Source of the DNA: Camelus ferus
Taxonomy: Eukaryota
DNA length: 64,000 nt
Reading direction: 5' to 3'
Assembly (NCBI RefSeq): GCF_009834535.1
Contig: NC_045697.1
Location: forward strand, 37,884,001-37,948,000
Shown here: piece after piece, positions 40,140 to 52,054 of the stretch
How positions within the stretch are numbered: position 1 is the stretch's first letter
Layout of the letters: each line of letters begins with the position of its first letter
The notes under the pieces: model-generated
What the model was told of the DNA's origin: nothing
What the model saw: the letters and a program-made list of their open reading frames with translations, nothing else
The model's database searches: none
Made by a program: the position numbers and the translations under genes

Positions 40140-41170
40140 ATTCATTACAAATAAAAATCAGTGAAACTAAATACACAATACATTTCACATGTCAAAATGT
40201 ATGAATACATTACAAAACAGTAACATTCTCAGAAACAAAGCTGTTAAACATTCATTAAAATAAAAATGTGTTAAATATATTCGAATATAAATTAACAAAT
40301 AACATTCATAAAAATAAAATATTATTTTAAAAGCAACAAACTAAACCATCCACAAATAAAAGATATGAGTGAAAATTTATAATGAAAGACAATTTTAGTT
40401 TTTTATTTTAATGCAGTCTCTTAAAACCAAGTTTATCCATGGTGTCATTGTTTAAGTTACACATGTATTCTTGGGCACATTTTTCCAACTTCTGAGAAAG
40501 GTTTTTCTGACTTCACACAGTAAAGTAATGGCAAGGAGACAGTTCTAAGCCAATTCTAAGCGTTTTCCTGTGACTCCTTTATCTTCAAATAATCTCACCT
40601 CTTGTATCGTAACTTTTGTTGAGGGACTTCGCTTTTTTTTTTGCAGGGACTTTAGTCTTTTTTTTTTTTTTTTTTTTTTGGTAGCAGGCTATAGATTTTG
40701 TTTCAAAGAACGCATCTTCATCTTCTCTGATTTCTTTATGTGTAGATGGAAATTCCGATGCAGGTATGTGTGTCAATTTCAATACAGTCGCATATGTGTT
40801 CATTTAAACTCTACAACTAGAATAGGAATGATTTTTTTCATTGTTAATTGTCATTTTCTTTCTTCTGAAGATCATGGAAGAATAAAGGGCTACTCTCTAA
40901 ATGAGGGAGTTTTTTCAACATTTTTCAATTTGGAGCTAATTTTAACTTTAAAGAAGTGTTTTATTCAGGAAGGTTTTTTTTTTTTTTTAATTATAAGTTG
41001 TTGACCCTACTCTCAAGATGTAAATACTTTGGGTTTCAGACCCAAAATAAAGTGCTGAAAGAGTGGCCTTCGTACTAAGGAAAACACTGTATTTCCTCAC
41101 TTTCTGTAACACTGTGTAATTGAACAGTGGAATGCCAAAACTGGAATTACAGTCACTGCGTCTGACCCTC
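40140..41170 (-). mobile_element. hAT DNA transposon relic with decayed transposase C-terminus
   Basis: Minus strand of 40601-40415 reads EVRLFEDKGVTGKRLELA*NCLLAI, then after frameshifts SEKPFSEVGK and CNLNNDTMDKLGF, resembling the hAT dimerisation domain. Outer limits approximate. Confidence 0.55.
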
Positions 41171-42897
41171 CTGTACTAATCTAAGTATTTGCTTCTCTGC
41201 CAGTACTTTCTGCCTTCATGTATCGAACAAAACTGTCATCGTTTCCATCCCTCTCTGTGTCCATGTGCCTGTTCTCCTGTGACCTCCAGTACTTTCCTTC
41301 CTCAGTATCTTTATTCTCTCCTTTTCTTTGGTTCCTGTGCCCACAGGTTTCTCCAATTTGGAGGGGGAAAAGGCCATTGACTTAACTCTACTTGACTGCA
41401 TTCTATTTTTCAGTTTTATAAACCACATTTCTAACTAGGGAATTAGCTGCTTTGTCACTTTGCTTTAGTCTTATGTTATCTGGCATGAGCCCCTGTCTTT
41501 ATTGAAAGGTCATTTTTGAAGGATACCTGTAACCTACCTAATGGCTAAATCCAGGGGTCTTTTCCAGTTCTCGTTTGACACTGTTAACTCTCCACTTTTT
41601 AAGAGTCCTACACCATCTCGTTTTGTATGAACTTGAGGAAACTGTTTAACCCTATTGGTCCTCAGAGTCTCCTCTTGTGTGCAGTTGGGATAACAGTTCT
41701 TAAGGTTTTTGAGTATCAAATAAAGCAATGTATATGGAAATAACCTGGCATTTAGTTAGTAGCTGAGTGAAATGGTGATTGCCCCTAACTTGACCATCTG
41801 TGATGTTCTCCTGCCTGGCTCTCTAAATATCTAAGACAATTTTATTTTCTCCTTTTCCCCACCCAACCCCTTCCCTAAATATAGACATTCTCTGAATTTC
41901 ATGTTTTTCAATGTAATCTCTGCCTTTTCCCTTGGAAAACTAATCTTGCAGAGCTCCAGCTGATAAAGTCAGGCTACCAGTAACCAAATACATATCTGAG
42001 GCTGTGCTGGCCTAACCTCAGGTGTCTCATTTCTGATGTCCTCTTGGAAACCTTTATATGAAATGCTTTTTATCCTCAAATTGAATGTGTCTAAAGCCAC
42101 ACTATTTTTATTACTCTTTATATGCCTTGGAATATGAATATCATCTTTGATTCTTCCCCTTTGAAAAGTTCTGTTAATTTTTCTTTTCCATTGTGTGCAG
42201 AATGTTTTCCTTTATTTTATCCTCAACATTGGTCTTGTGTGGCAGACCTCCTAATTCATCAGTCCGGTGGCTGGTGTTCTCTGCTTTCCGTCCTGATCTA
42301 TTAGTCATAGTGCCTCCTTAATCATGTCTGTGTCTTCTACTCAAAAACTTTAAAGGGCTTCTTGCTTACCCCTAAGCTAGTTCGTAAACATACTGGATTT
42401 TCAGTCTGGGCCCAATTTATCTTTCTTTAGCTCACCCCAACTATTCTGATGATTTACTCCCTTATCTTAGAATATGCCTGTTTTCTTTCAAATTGTCAAT
42501 CCAGGGAAGAGGGTAAGTGCATGTACCCAGTGCATTTTCAAGTTAGCCACTCCATGAGTAATGAGGACAAATCCTGCTGAGTCTTTCGAAGAGCCTTCTG
42601 AAATGAACCTCAGAACTGACTGCCCCACTGTGAAAGATGGGTGAAACGTTGCCCCACAGGGCTTAACTCCTCCATATTGCTGTCTAGTGAATCAGTACCT
42701 TCAGAGCACTTCCCTTCTGGTTGGACCTGCCTGAAGTCAGTTACAACCTATAAGCAACTGGTCCTCTGTATCTAGAGTAAGAGATTGGGTTAAGAACTTT
42801 TTGAAGTGGGGCCTAATAGGTATCTAATCATGTGCCTGGTAAAAAAAATCCAAAAGGTGAAGAAGAGTGCAGAATGAAAAGTGCTTGTATTCTAGTT

Positions 42898-43079
42898 CAG
42901 CGGTCAGCAAATGATAGTTTACCACTGACTGCCTGTTTTTGTAAACAGCGTTTTGTTGTAACAGAGCCATGCCTGTTCATTTAAGTATTACCTATGGCTG
43001 CTCTCAGGCTGTAGCATCAGAGTTGGGTAATGAACAAAGAGACTTTATGGCCCTTTTTCTTAAAAGTTTGCTGACCCCT
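42898..43079. mobile_element. MER58A-like hAT-Charlie MITE
   Basis: TIRs CAGCGGTCAGCAAA ... TTTGCTGACCCCT; internal CTGCCTGTTTTTGTAAACAGCGTTTT. Confidence 0.75.
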
Positions 43080-43678
43080 ATTGTAGTCATCTTGGCTCCT
43101 TCCCTGGAAACAGACACTGTTTCCTGAGGTTTCCAGTACATTAACAACTGCGTATGGACTTTATATGCTTACCCAAATCTCCACTCCTCCACACACCTAC
43201 CATGACTGTATACATAAGACATACTTTTTTTAACTTAAAAAATCTTAGTGTTCTTTTTTTCTTATTAGTATATATAAAACAATCTTAATTTTAGCCCCAT
43301 GATATTCTAATATATGGAGCTGCCATTTATGTAACCAGTTCCCTATTGATGGACACTCAGTCACTTTGTCTCTTTTTATTGTTGCAAATGTTAGCATTAC
43401 ATTTGTACGTGTTTCTAGTACAGTTAACTCCCTGAGTGTTCCTGTCTCAGGTTTTATTTCAGTCATGTGCCTGCCAGGTACCTGCCACAGTCTGCGTTCA
43501 GTTTGAGGGGAGTGGGCTCATTAAGGGGCTGGAGCTGTTGGGAGAGGCCTTGCCCAAGAGGTTCTACGTAAGTTGAATCTTCAGGAATCTGGATGAATAG
43601 GATACTGAAAAGAAAGTAGGAAGTGAAGGCGACTGCATGACTGAAGGCTTGTGGTTACCGAGAGCTTGACATGCTCTT

Positions 43679-43998
43679 GGGCTGCCCTGCCCCGGACCAC
43701 AGCCCCGAGCCGTGTGGCGGTTCTCGGGCGCTGGAGCATGTGCGGCCAGTCCACGCTGAGGTGTGCGTGAGGTGTGTGCAGGGAGTAGGGTTACACTGGA
43801 GTCTGAAGACTTGGTAGGAAAAAAAAGAATGTTAAGTATCTCATTGGTCACTTAAAAATATTCCTAGGGTGGTATTTTGGATATGTTGGGTTAAATAAAA
43901 TAATATTAAAAATAATTTTTCGTGTTTTTAATATGTGGCTACCAGAAATTTCAAAATTACCTTATGTGGCTTGCATTGTTTTCTGTTGGACAGTGCTG
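43679..43998. mobile_element. MER33-like hAT-Charlie MITE
   Basis: GAAGACTTGGTAGGAAAAAAAAGAATGTTAAGTATCTCATT...TATTTTGGATATGTTGGGTTAAATAAAAT...TTGGACAGTGCTG match recalled MER33. Confidence 0.7.
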
Positions 43999-44199
43999 CT
44001 CTGGCTCATCCTTCGTTATGGAGTGTAAGGTGCATTTGGGTAATTGGTATGTTATTAGATAGCAGATGGTGGTAGTTAACCAGTATTTGCATTTTATATT
44101 CTAGGCATAAGAAGGTCATTACAGTTTCTTACACAGTGAAGTAACGTGATGAAATTAGTTTTTGGAAGACTAGACTGGTCATGTTGTGGTGTGCTGTTC

Positions 44200-44395
44200 C
44201 TAAGGGCTTATGTGTAGTTACTCATTTAATCCTCAGAACAAGCCCCCAAGGTATAGCTATCCCTCATCTTTCAGATGAAACTTGAGGCACAGAGAGGGAA
44301 ACTTACTGGCCCAAGGTCATACAGGAACTAGTAATGCCTTGGCCATGAACCCTGGCAGTTTGGTTCCAGAGCCCACCTATTAAGCCGCTCCACTC
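44200..44395 (-). mobile_element. MIR SINE
   Basis: CTCATTTAATCCTCAGAACAA...CAGATGAAACTTGAGGCACAGAGAGG...GCCCAAGGTCATACAG. Confidence 0.8.
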
Positions 44396-45580
44396 TGTCA
44401 CTCTAAAGGTGAATTAGAAAAAGGAGATGGTCCTTGCATTCAGTAAGCACTTGGGCAGTTGACAACAAATGATTGAATGGTAACTGATTATTTTCTGCCC
44501 CCATTTATTAATATTTTAAGTTTTAAAAATCTGTCTTCATAATACCCTGGTACTTTTCAGTTCTTACCATACCGTGGCTGGTGGCTCTTTACCACTGCTC
44601 TCCAAAATCAAAATGCTGTCTATTGAGATTAATAGACAGCAGATTAATATGTAACAAAAGCTATAAGTTGATTTTTTTTTAAAGTTTTTAAGAATCCATA
44701 TTTTTTGTTTTGCTTTGTGTCTAAGAGGCAAGTTTTATTTTATCCTCCTCATTTCACAGAGGAACAGGGAGGCTAAGTAATGTGGCCAAGGTTTTATGGC
44801 TGGGAATTGTAAAACCACGGGAATTTGTGGTTTTGATCGCTATTTTGTTTGTTTTTTAAAATAAACATTTTTTTGAGCTTGCAGCTAATTGGTCGTAAAT
44901 GGTGAATATTTATTCCTAAAATTTTTCTTGGATTTCAGGTCTGAAATATTTTGCAATGAAATTTCTTCATACAAAAGGTATATCCAAGATGAAAATGTTG
45001 TAGTGGTGAAAACTGAATTAAAACGCTAATTTATTTTTTTTTTAAATCATACTTAAAGCTCATAGGGTATTGGAAGAGGAAGGAAGCTCATTTTTATAGG
45101 AAGACCAGCATAGTTGGGATTAAAATGCTAATGATGAGAAAGCTAGAATCCCTTAAAATGGTACTTGCTTCATCAAGAGCTGGCTTCCAAGGCTGCCCAT
45201 TTGATTTAGCCCTATCCCCAAATGTTTTCTAAAATGGTTAATTTCTAAATTTCCCCAATTTTTAGCACAGGAGTCTCGTCTGAGTAATGCTTAAAGGTTT
45301 CTGATCTTCACTGTGTAATTTGGGAGTCCAGTTTATGTCACGTGTTAAGAAATGACACACATACTAAAACTTTAGGATTTTAATCTTATTTCTGACTGGG
45401 GCCTTTGTAAGAGAAAGAAGTTCTGTTTATACCCTGTCATCTCACATTCGGTCTTGGTTCTTTTTGTTGTTGATTTTTCTTTTTTATCTCTTAGGTTTCT
45501 AGAGATTCATAGGCTTTAAAAAATAATTAAGGATAGGCAGTTGGGATTGGAAGAGACCTTTAGAAGTGATTTCTTTAGTG

Positions 45581-45795
45581 CAGCGCCTCTGCCCCTGGGC
45601 ACTATTGATATTTCAAATTAGATCATTCTTTCTTGTGTGGGAATTGTTCTATGAATCATGTCCTGTCTGTAGCAGCATCTCTGGCCACTACTTTCTTGAC
45701 GCCATTAGTTCCCCTTCAGCTGTGACAACCAGAATGTCTCTGGACATTGCCAGAAGTCCGCTGGGAGACATAGCCGCCCTGGTCTGGGACCACTG
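45581..45795. mobile_element. MER20 (hAT-Charlie)
   Basis: GGCACTATTGATATTT...GCAGCATCTCTGGCC...TGTGACAACCAGAATGTCTCTGGACATTGCCAGA...GACCACTG. Confidence 0.8.
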
Positions 45796-46041
45796 ATGAG
45801 CACATTTCCTGTAGGTAGTGGTTCTTTTCTCTGGGTCTCTACCCAGGGAGTTTACCACTTTCTCTAGCAGTCCACCTCAGCTTCCAGGATTCATCTGGTA
45901 GAAATCTTTTCTCTGTGTTAAGCTACAATCTAGAGCTTTTTAAGTCTCCCTCTTGGGACCATACAGACTCATACAGACTTTCACAGTTACTGGAACAGAG
46001 GCATCCGGTCCTTCCCGGTGCCTTCTGTGATTGTTTTAGAG

Positions 46042-46252
46042 CATGAGTTTGGCAAGCTTCTTTTTGTAATGGGCCAGATAATAAATATTTTAGGTTTGGC
46101 CACATATTTGCAGGCTGCTTAAGGTTTTTGTTGCATAATTTTCCTTCCCTTCCCTCCCTCCCTCTTTCTCTTTTTCTTTTTTTGCAACCCCTTAAAAATG
46201 TACAAGTCATTCTCAGCTGGACTTAGCCTCAGCAGAAGCCTGCCAATCCTGG
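46042..46252. mobile_element. MER58B-like MITE
   Basis: TTGGCAAGCTTCTTTTTGTAATGGGCCAGATAATAAATATTTTAGG...CAACCCCTTAAAAATGTACAAGTCATTCTCAGCT. Confidence 0.65.
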
Positions 46253-46980
46253 TTGTAAAGTCTCTTCCATCTGGCATGATCTTCAGAGGGCAGTGCCTTC
46301 TTGATAGGTGGTACCTCAGAACCAGTACAGAACTTTGAGTAAGAGCTGAGCAGCACAGAAGATGGGCTTGTCACTAACTCTTTGAAGGGCTTAAAGTGCC
46401 TGCTCCCTGTTTGGAGCTTTGTCATGTTTTCAACTCAAAATGACCTTAACACCAGCCAAGACTCTGGCCTGTACTTTTTATTAGGCCATTTTACACCCTA
46501 GGTTAGTTTTAGACTTTAGGACCATCCACATATCCTGCTATATTAGACCTCATCTTAGCTAGAGCCAACTCTTGCTCTAGCCTGTTGAGAGCTTTCTGGA
46601 TCCTCTGTTCTCTAAAGTGTTAATGAAATTTCTCTCAGTTTCCTGCTATTTGGATGTTTGATAAGCATGCCTTGGTCTTATGTCCAAGTTATGAATAAAA
46701 ACTTGAATGAGACATAGTTAAGAACTAAATCTCAACCTACAAATACTTAGAAACCAAGGTAATATTAATGTGTGGATATAAGTGGTCTCTATTTTTTTTT
46801 TAAGTTCCGTAGAATTGTACTTAGAATTTTAGCTCTGTAGAATCCCTGCCATAGCAGCCATCAATCAGAGGTTGCTGTCGTTACCAATGGCTTTCAAAGA
46901 TATTAGACAATAAATAAGCCTAATGATGATGGTATACAAAATAAATTAATTTAAAATAATGACTTTTAAAAAAATAGCTG

Positions 46981-46983
46981 ATA

Positions 46984-47015
<32 letters not shown>
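46981..47015. repeat. (AT)10 followed by a T run, abutting the exon 2 acceptor
   Basis: Direct observation. Confidence 0.95.
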
Positions 47016-47022
47016 CTCCCAG

Positions 47023-47248
47023 AAAGGATTTACACCAGCTGCTCCAGTTCTCACCAATAAAGAAGATCCAGCTACCCAAACGAATTTGGGATTTATCCAT
47101 GCATTTGTGGCTGCCATATCAGTTATCATTGTGTCTGAACTGGGCGATAAGACATTTTTTATAGCAGCCATCATGGCGATGCGCTATAACCGGTTGACGG
47201 TGTTGGCCGGTGCCATGCTTGCCTTGGGCCTGATGACATGCTTATCAG
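47023..47248 (+). CDS. TMEM165: TMEM165 coding exon 2 (first UPF0016 motif ELGDKT)
   Basis: Acceptor CTCCCAG|; KGFTPAAPVLTNKEDPATQTNLGFIHAFVAAISVIIVSELGDKTFFIAAIMAMRYNRLTVLAGAMLALGLMTCLS; donor CAG|GTGAGT; 226 nt. Confidence 0.97.
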
Positions 47249-50200
47249 GTGAGTGTGCTTTTTCCTCCTAATGAGTTTACTGAATTAGAGAAAGCATGGT
47301 GTGTGGCATTGAAGTGACTGAATCATTCAACTGGTTATGGTGGAATTTAGTTTGTGTTCCAGAATTTAGTCAACAGAAAATATTTTTAGTACATAAATTC
47401 TTAAATATCATATTGCACTTGTAAAATTAAATTTTCAGCTATTCAGTCAAGATACATACACCTCATTTATTCACTATTTTTTTTTATCCTTTTGCTGTGG
47501 ATATCCTTGCTTTTTTTTTTTTCTTTTTAAGTCCAGATAGGTTTATTTACATCTGATAGCTTAGAAATAGGACTCAAGCAGCCACAGAGAGTTGCGTATT
47601 TCCTATTGAAGGACTTTTTTAATAATGAAGAGTCGCGTTCAGTGTATTGTGCTCTATTAAGCTATTCTTGCTCATTACAGTAAAAGAATGAAACATTCTT
47701 AGATTCCCAGTCTGTTACTATTTGAGTTCCTGTTATTATAGGCTTCAATTTTTCAAAGAATTAAGACCATGAGAAAGTAAACTTATTGCTGAATAATTAA
47801 GCATAGTTTAGTCTCTGATTCAAAAGCTGCCGTTAACCACATGGTTGGGTGGAAAATAGTGAGTTTTCCTGAGTCAGACTTGGATTGGAGTCTGATTATG
47901 CCATGTATTAACCTCATAATAAGTTACTTAACCTCTTTGAGCTTCAGTTTCCGTCTGTAAACTGAAGATAATATCTAGCTGCCTCACAGGGTTGTGGTTT
48001 GTATTAAAATGATTTCTTTATATTTCACGTGCTCAGTCATTCCCCCCTCTCCCCCCTCTCTCAGTCATTCCCCCCTCTCATTCCCCCCTGCCTTAGGTTT
48101 CTCGTGAAACACAGTTTTAAAGTACAGAACAAGTTCTATTTCTGGCTGCTTGAATGCTTGTAAAAGTTCGTCTTTTTAAACATATTATAATGAGTATTTT
48201 ACTGAATAAAATAATTTGACTACTTTTCACATTTTGGTTATTAGTATTAGCATTATTCATATCTCATAACAAAAGCAATTTTCTCTTCAAAAGCAAATTT
48301 TGATTCTAGGAAATAGGAAAAGTGGGGAAGGTTGGAAAAGTAGGGCAAAATCACTTGCTGGGAATGAGTTTGAGTAATATCAGAGAATTTATTTTTGAAA
48401 CTTGGAGCCTTGAGGATAACTCGAAGGCTGCCCCCTCTCTGCCTGTCCCTCCTGGGAAGCTGGCTCCTCCAATCCCCCTGCCCCTTCTCTGCGGTCAGCT
48501 CCTTTCCCTCAGCTGTGAGCGGCATCAGGCTCTCCTGTCCTGACCCCCAGCCACCTCCCTCTGGCTGCTGGTAGGGACAGCTCCTCTCACCCGAACTGTT
48601 TGAAAGAATGGGTTGTATCAGTGGTCTTCAAACCTCTTCTTTGTGTCTCTAAAATGAGCTTGAAAAACTGTGTACCTCCACTCACTTTTCATCTTTAGTT
48701 TAAGGAGTTGCAGAGACCTAATATTTGGTATATTGTGTAAAATTGTTATGGTTGGTATTCTTTTCTTTTGAAATGTTTGTCTTGTAAGTGTTTTAACATT
48801 TATTACAAAATATTTCAATTCATATCATATTTGCAAACCGATTAGAAAAGAAATTCCAAAATCAAAGAAATTTCAGACATCATACATTTTTAACAGTCTT
48901 TCAAGATAGACTAAACACTGCCTCACCCGTCATTCGTGTTTGACACATTTGTCTTCCCACCAGCCTCGCCCACATGAACCGATTCCCCCCTAGATGGTTG
49001 AGTTCATTGTGGGCAATTTCAAGTCTGTAAGTGTGGGGGCCACTGCTTTCCTTTGCAGAATTTCCACTTTACCAGTGTTACTTCTTTCTTGTTAGCATTC
49101 CAGAATCGTTCCTGAACTGGCTTGTCTTTGGGTTCTGAGCCCTTTCTCTGCATTCTATTTAGTGGCGGGGAGCTGCTGTTGGGGGTGGGTTGGGGTGCAC
49201 AGGAAAGGCATGAACTCTGATGTCTTGGGCCTGGGGCTGAATCCGGCCTCTACCGCTGCCTCACTGTGCAGACAGGAGCCGGTCACGTGGCTGCTATTTG
49301 CTGAGCACCATCTGTGTGTGACGCTGCAGGCCTGCCTCAGTCAGGCCCCCTGTCCTGTTACAGATAGACAGACAGAAAGCAGAGACAGTAAGTCCTCCTG
49401 GCTCATGGCCAGTTGAGCTGGGATTCAAAGACAGCTGTGTCTGGTTCTGAATCCAGGGGTTTCTGACAGTTTTCTTCAGGGTGAGGGCTGGAGCTTGCCC
49501 AGTTTGCTGGGGGGGAGGGGGGGTTGAGACCCCCCAAATCCTCCTTTAGGAAAAAGCCTGCTGTCATCTGTTTGAGAATTAGGAGTTTACTGGGAAAAGT
49601 TTTGAAGCTAATAAGATATTGGAAAATAATTATATTTTTACTCCATTATGCCTTTCTAAGTTATTTAAGCTCCTGGTGACTCTTTGTCTCCTGTAAACTC
49701 AGGATAATACTAGTACAGTCCTTACAGAATTGTAAGAAAGATTAGATGGAGTTAAAATAAGCAAACCATCTGGTACAGGATCAGGCCTCCCCACCAGTTT
49801 GTTCTCTTCCCTCTTATAGAAACGCTCTGCGCCAGAAAGGGCTCAGCTGTGCCCCGAGTGCAACTGAACCATTTATTCGGATATTTTCACATTATTTACA
49901 ATAACGGCTAATTAATTCAGCAAATATTTATTTAGAACCAACTGTGTTGGGTCTGTGAGCAGGGATGGCCTGGTGCGAGGCGGGGGCAGCGCGGTAATCC
50001 TGCCGCCCTGAGCGGCATCTCTTCCCGCCCGTCCCACCTGAAGAGCTGATGTCTGAGCAGCGCCATCGGACATTCTTGTGTTTGGCTTTTTTCAAAATTT
50101 CTCACTAAAATTCAGGGCCATCAAGAGAGGTAGCATCTCACTTTTTGTGAGTTTGTTCCTTCGGAGGAGCAGCCATGGAGGGGTGCAGGGGAGATGTGGA

Positions 50201-52054
50201 TGAAGGAGTGGGATCAGGGGGAGGTAGGAGTAGCTCCAAGGTCAAAAGTATATCCTTGCTGGCTGGGCCAGTGGGCCTGTGCCAGTTGCCCAGAGGCTAA
50301 CACGGCACTTGCCTTATGTTCCCCGGGCCTTGGGCCTACGTGGCCTATTCCTTTAAGACAACCCAGTGGAATCTGAGTACCGCTAGCAGTTTGATCTTCA
50401 CCATCACCACCAGCATCATTCCTTTAAAAAAAACCATGAATAAATTCTTCTTTAACATTTGGAAATTTACATTGTTTTTTTTTTCTTCTTTAATTCTTAT
50501 TTTCATTTATTTCCTCATAGAATTTTACTGTAATGATAAGTTTTTTGCTTGAAAATCTTTTGTGGATCACAGTATCTTATCTATCTGCAGCAAAAATATG
50601 CATATAAATTGAATTTTAGAAGATGCTGAAAATTTCCTTTAAGTCTCTAAATGTTAACATTTTTTATTGAGTTGTAGTTATTAATACACCTTTGAGCAAA
50701 GCAAAATATATCACAAATTTAAATAAACATTTTTTAAAAGTTGGAAATGCATCTCTTAATGAGATGATAGAACTCTTCTTTTAAAATTAGTTTATATGTT
50801 CATGGATGATACTTATTGCTAGAGTGAAGCCAGGTTGAGAATCAATTCTGATCTCTCTTTTAAAAAATAGATAGAAGGGCTGAGAAATTTTATCCCTATA
50901 AATAAGTAGACAGGAAAAAGAGTGACATTATAGCCACGTCACTCAGTTCATGGAACTCCTGGGTTATGTGCTAAAAATCACATACTGCTCTGTCATCAAG
51001 TGATTTTTAATGATTTACCCGCTGACAGCTTAATAAGGTCTTCTGTCAATTTTGTTAAAAGCACAGAGTTGGAAACTGTCCAGTATACCAAAAAAAGTTT
51101 TTCTGAAATTCATCAAATGACTGTTCTTATACATGTTAGTCTTTTACTTAGAAGTAACTTGTTTAACTGGATATATTTAGAAATGATTGAGAAAATTGAA
51201 ATATTTTTAACTTCAGCATACTTTTACCAATAAATGGTTTCATTTTAAAAGTTGTAACATATCACATGTTTTAAATATGTTTTTTCTGGAACCTTGGAGG
51301 TGCAGACTTAGCTCATTCAATTTATAGGAGATGTCTACCGCAGTACCTAATTGCCATGCAGTTGCTCCACAGTAGACCATGTCAGTAAGGCTTACTTTCT
51401 GTCAGAAAGCATTTACTTGGTTTTTTGACTGTAATACACATGACAACCATCTGTTCAGGGCTGTCCTAAAATGGCTGGCTGGCTGGATTGGGCCTGGGAC
51501 CCACCTCGGAGTGAGCTGCCTGGGAAAGTAAGCCACTGGGATTTAGTGTTTCTCTCTGATGCTCTCTTTGTTGTACCAAGACTCTGCCTTAGGGAAAATG
51601 CATTTGTTTACACTGGTTGGGAGATGAAAGAGGCATGATTGCTAAGTAAAAATTATTCCTACCAAGGCCAAAATACCTTATTTCTTACCCGTGACCATTA
51701 TTTCCAGTGCCTCCACAGTGCCACTGTCGCTAATGCCATGGCCTTTTTGGACACTCAGGTAAGACAGGGAAGACCCAAAGCCTTCTCTCTGGTTTGGGGT
51801 TCCTTGGTTGAGGACTCTGGTATTGGCAGACCCCCTATTTGGTGCTGTAGGATGTCTGTTTTTCCTTACCATGGGGAAATGCACTACTGGAATGGGGATG
51901 GAAGGCATCTCTGTAGAGTGGGCAGAGGGCAGCTGTGAAGAAGGGACGTGAGAAAGGAGAACCGCACACCTTCTCAGCTCCGAGCATGTCTGCAGGCCAA
52001 GGAGTTTTAGGGAAGAGTCCCTGGGGAAGTGGAACTTCTGCAAATAGATTTTTT

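Noticed and set aside
48032..48090. Short imperfect repeat CTCAGTCATTCCCCCCTCTC
   Set aside because: Simple slippage-type low-complexity repeat with no evidence of function.
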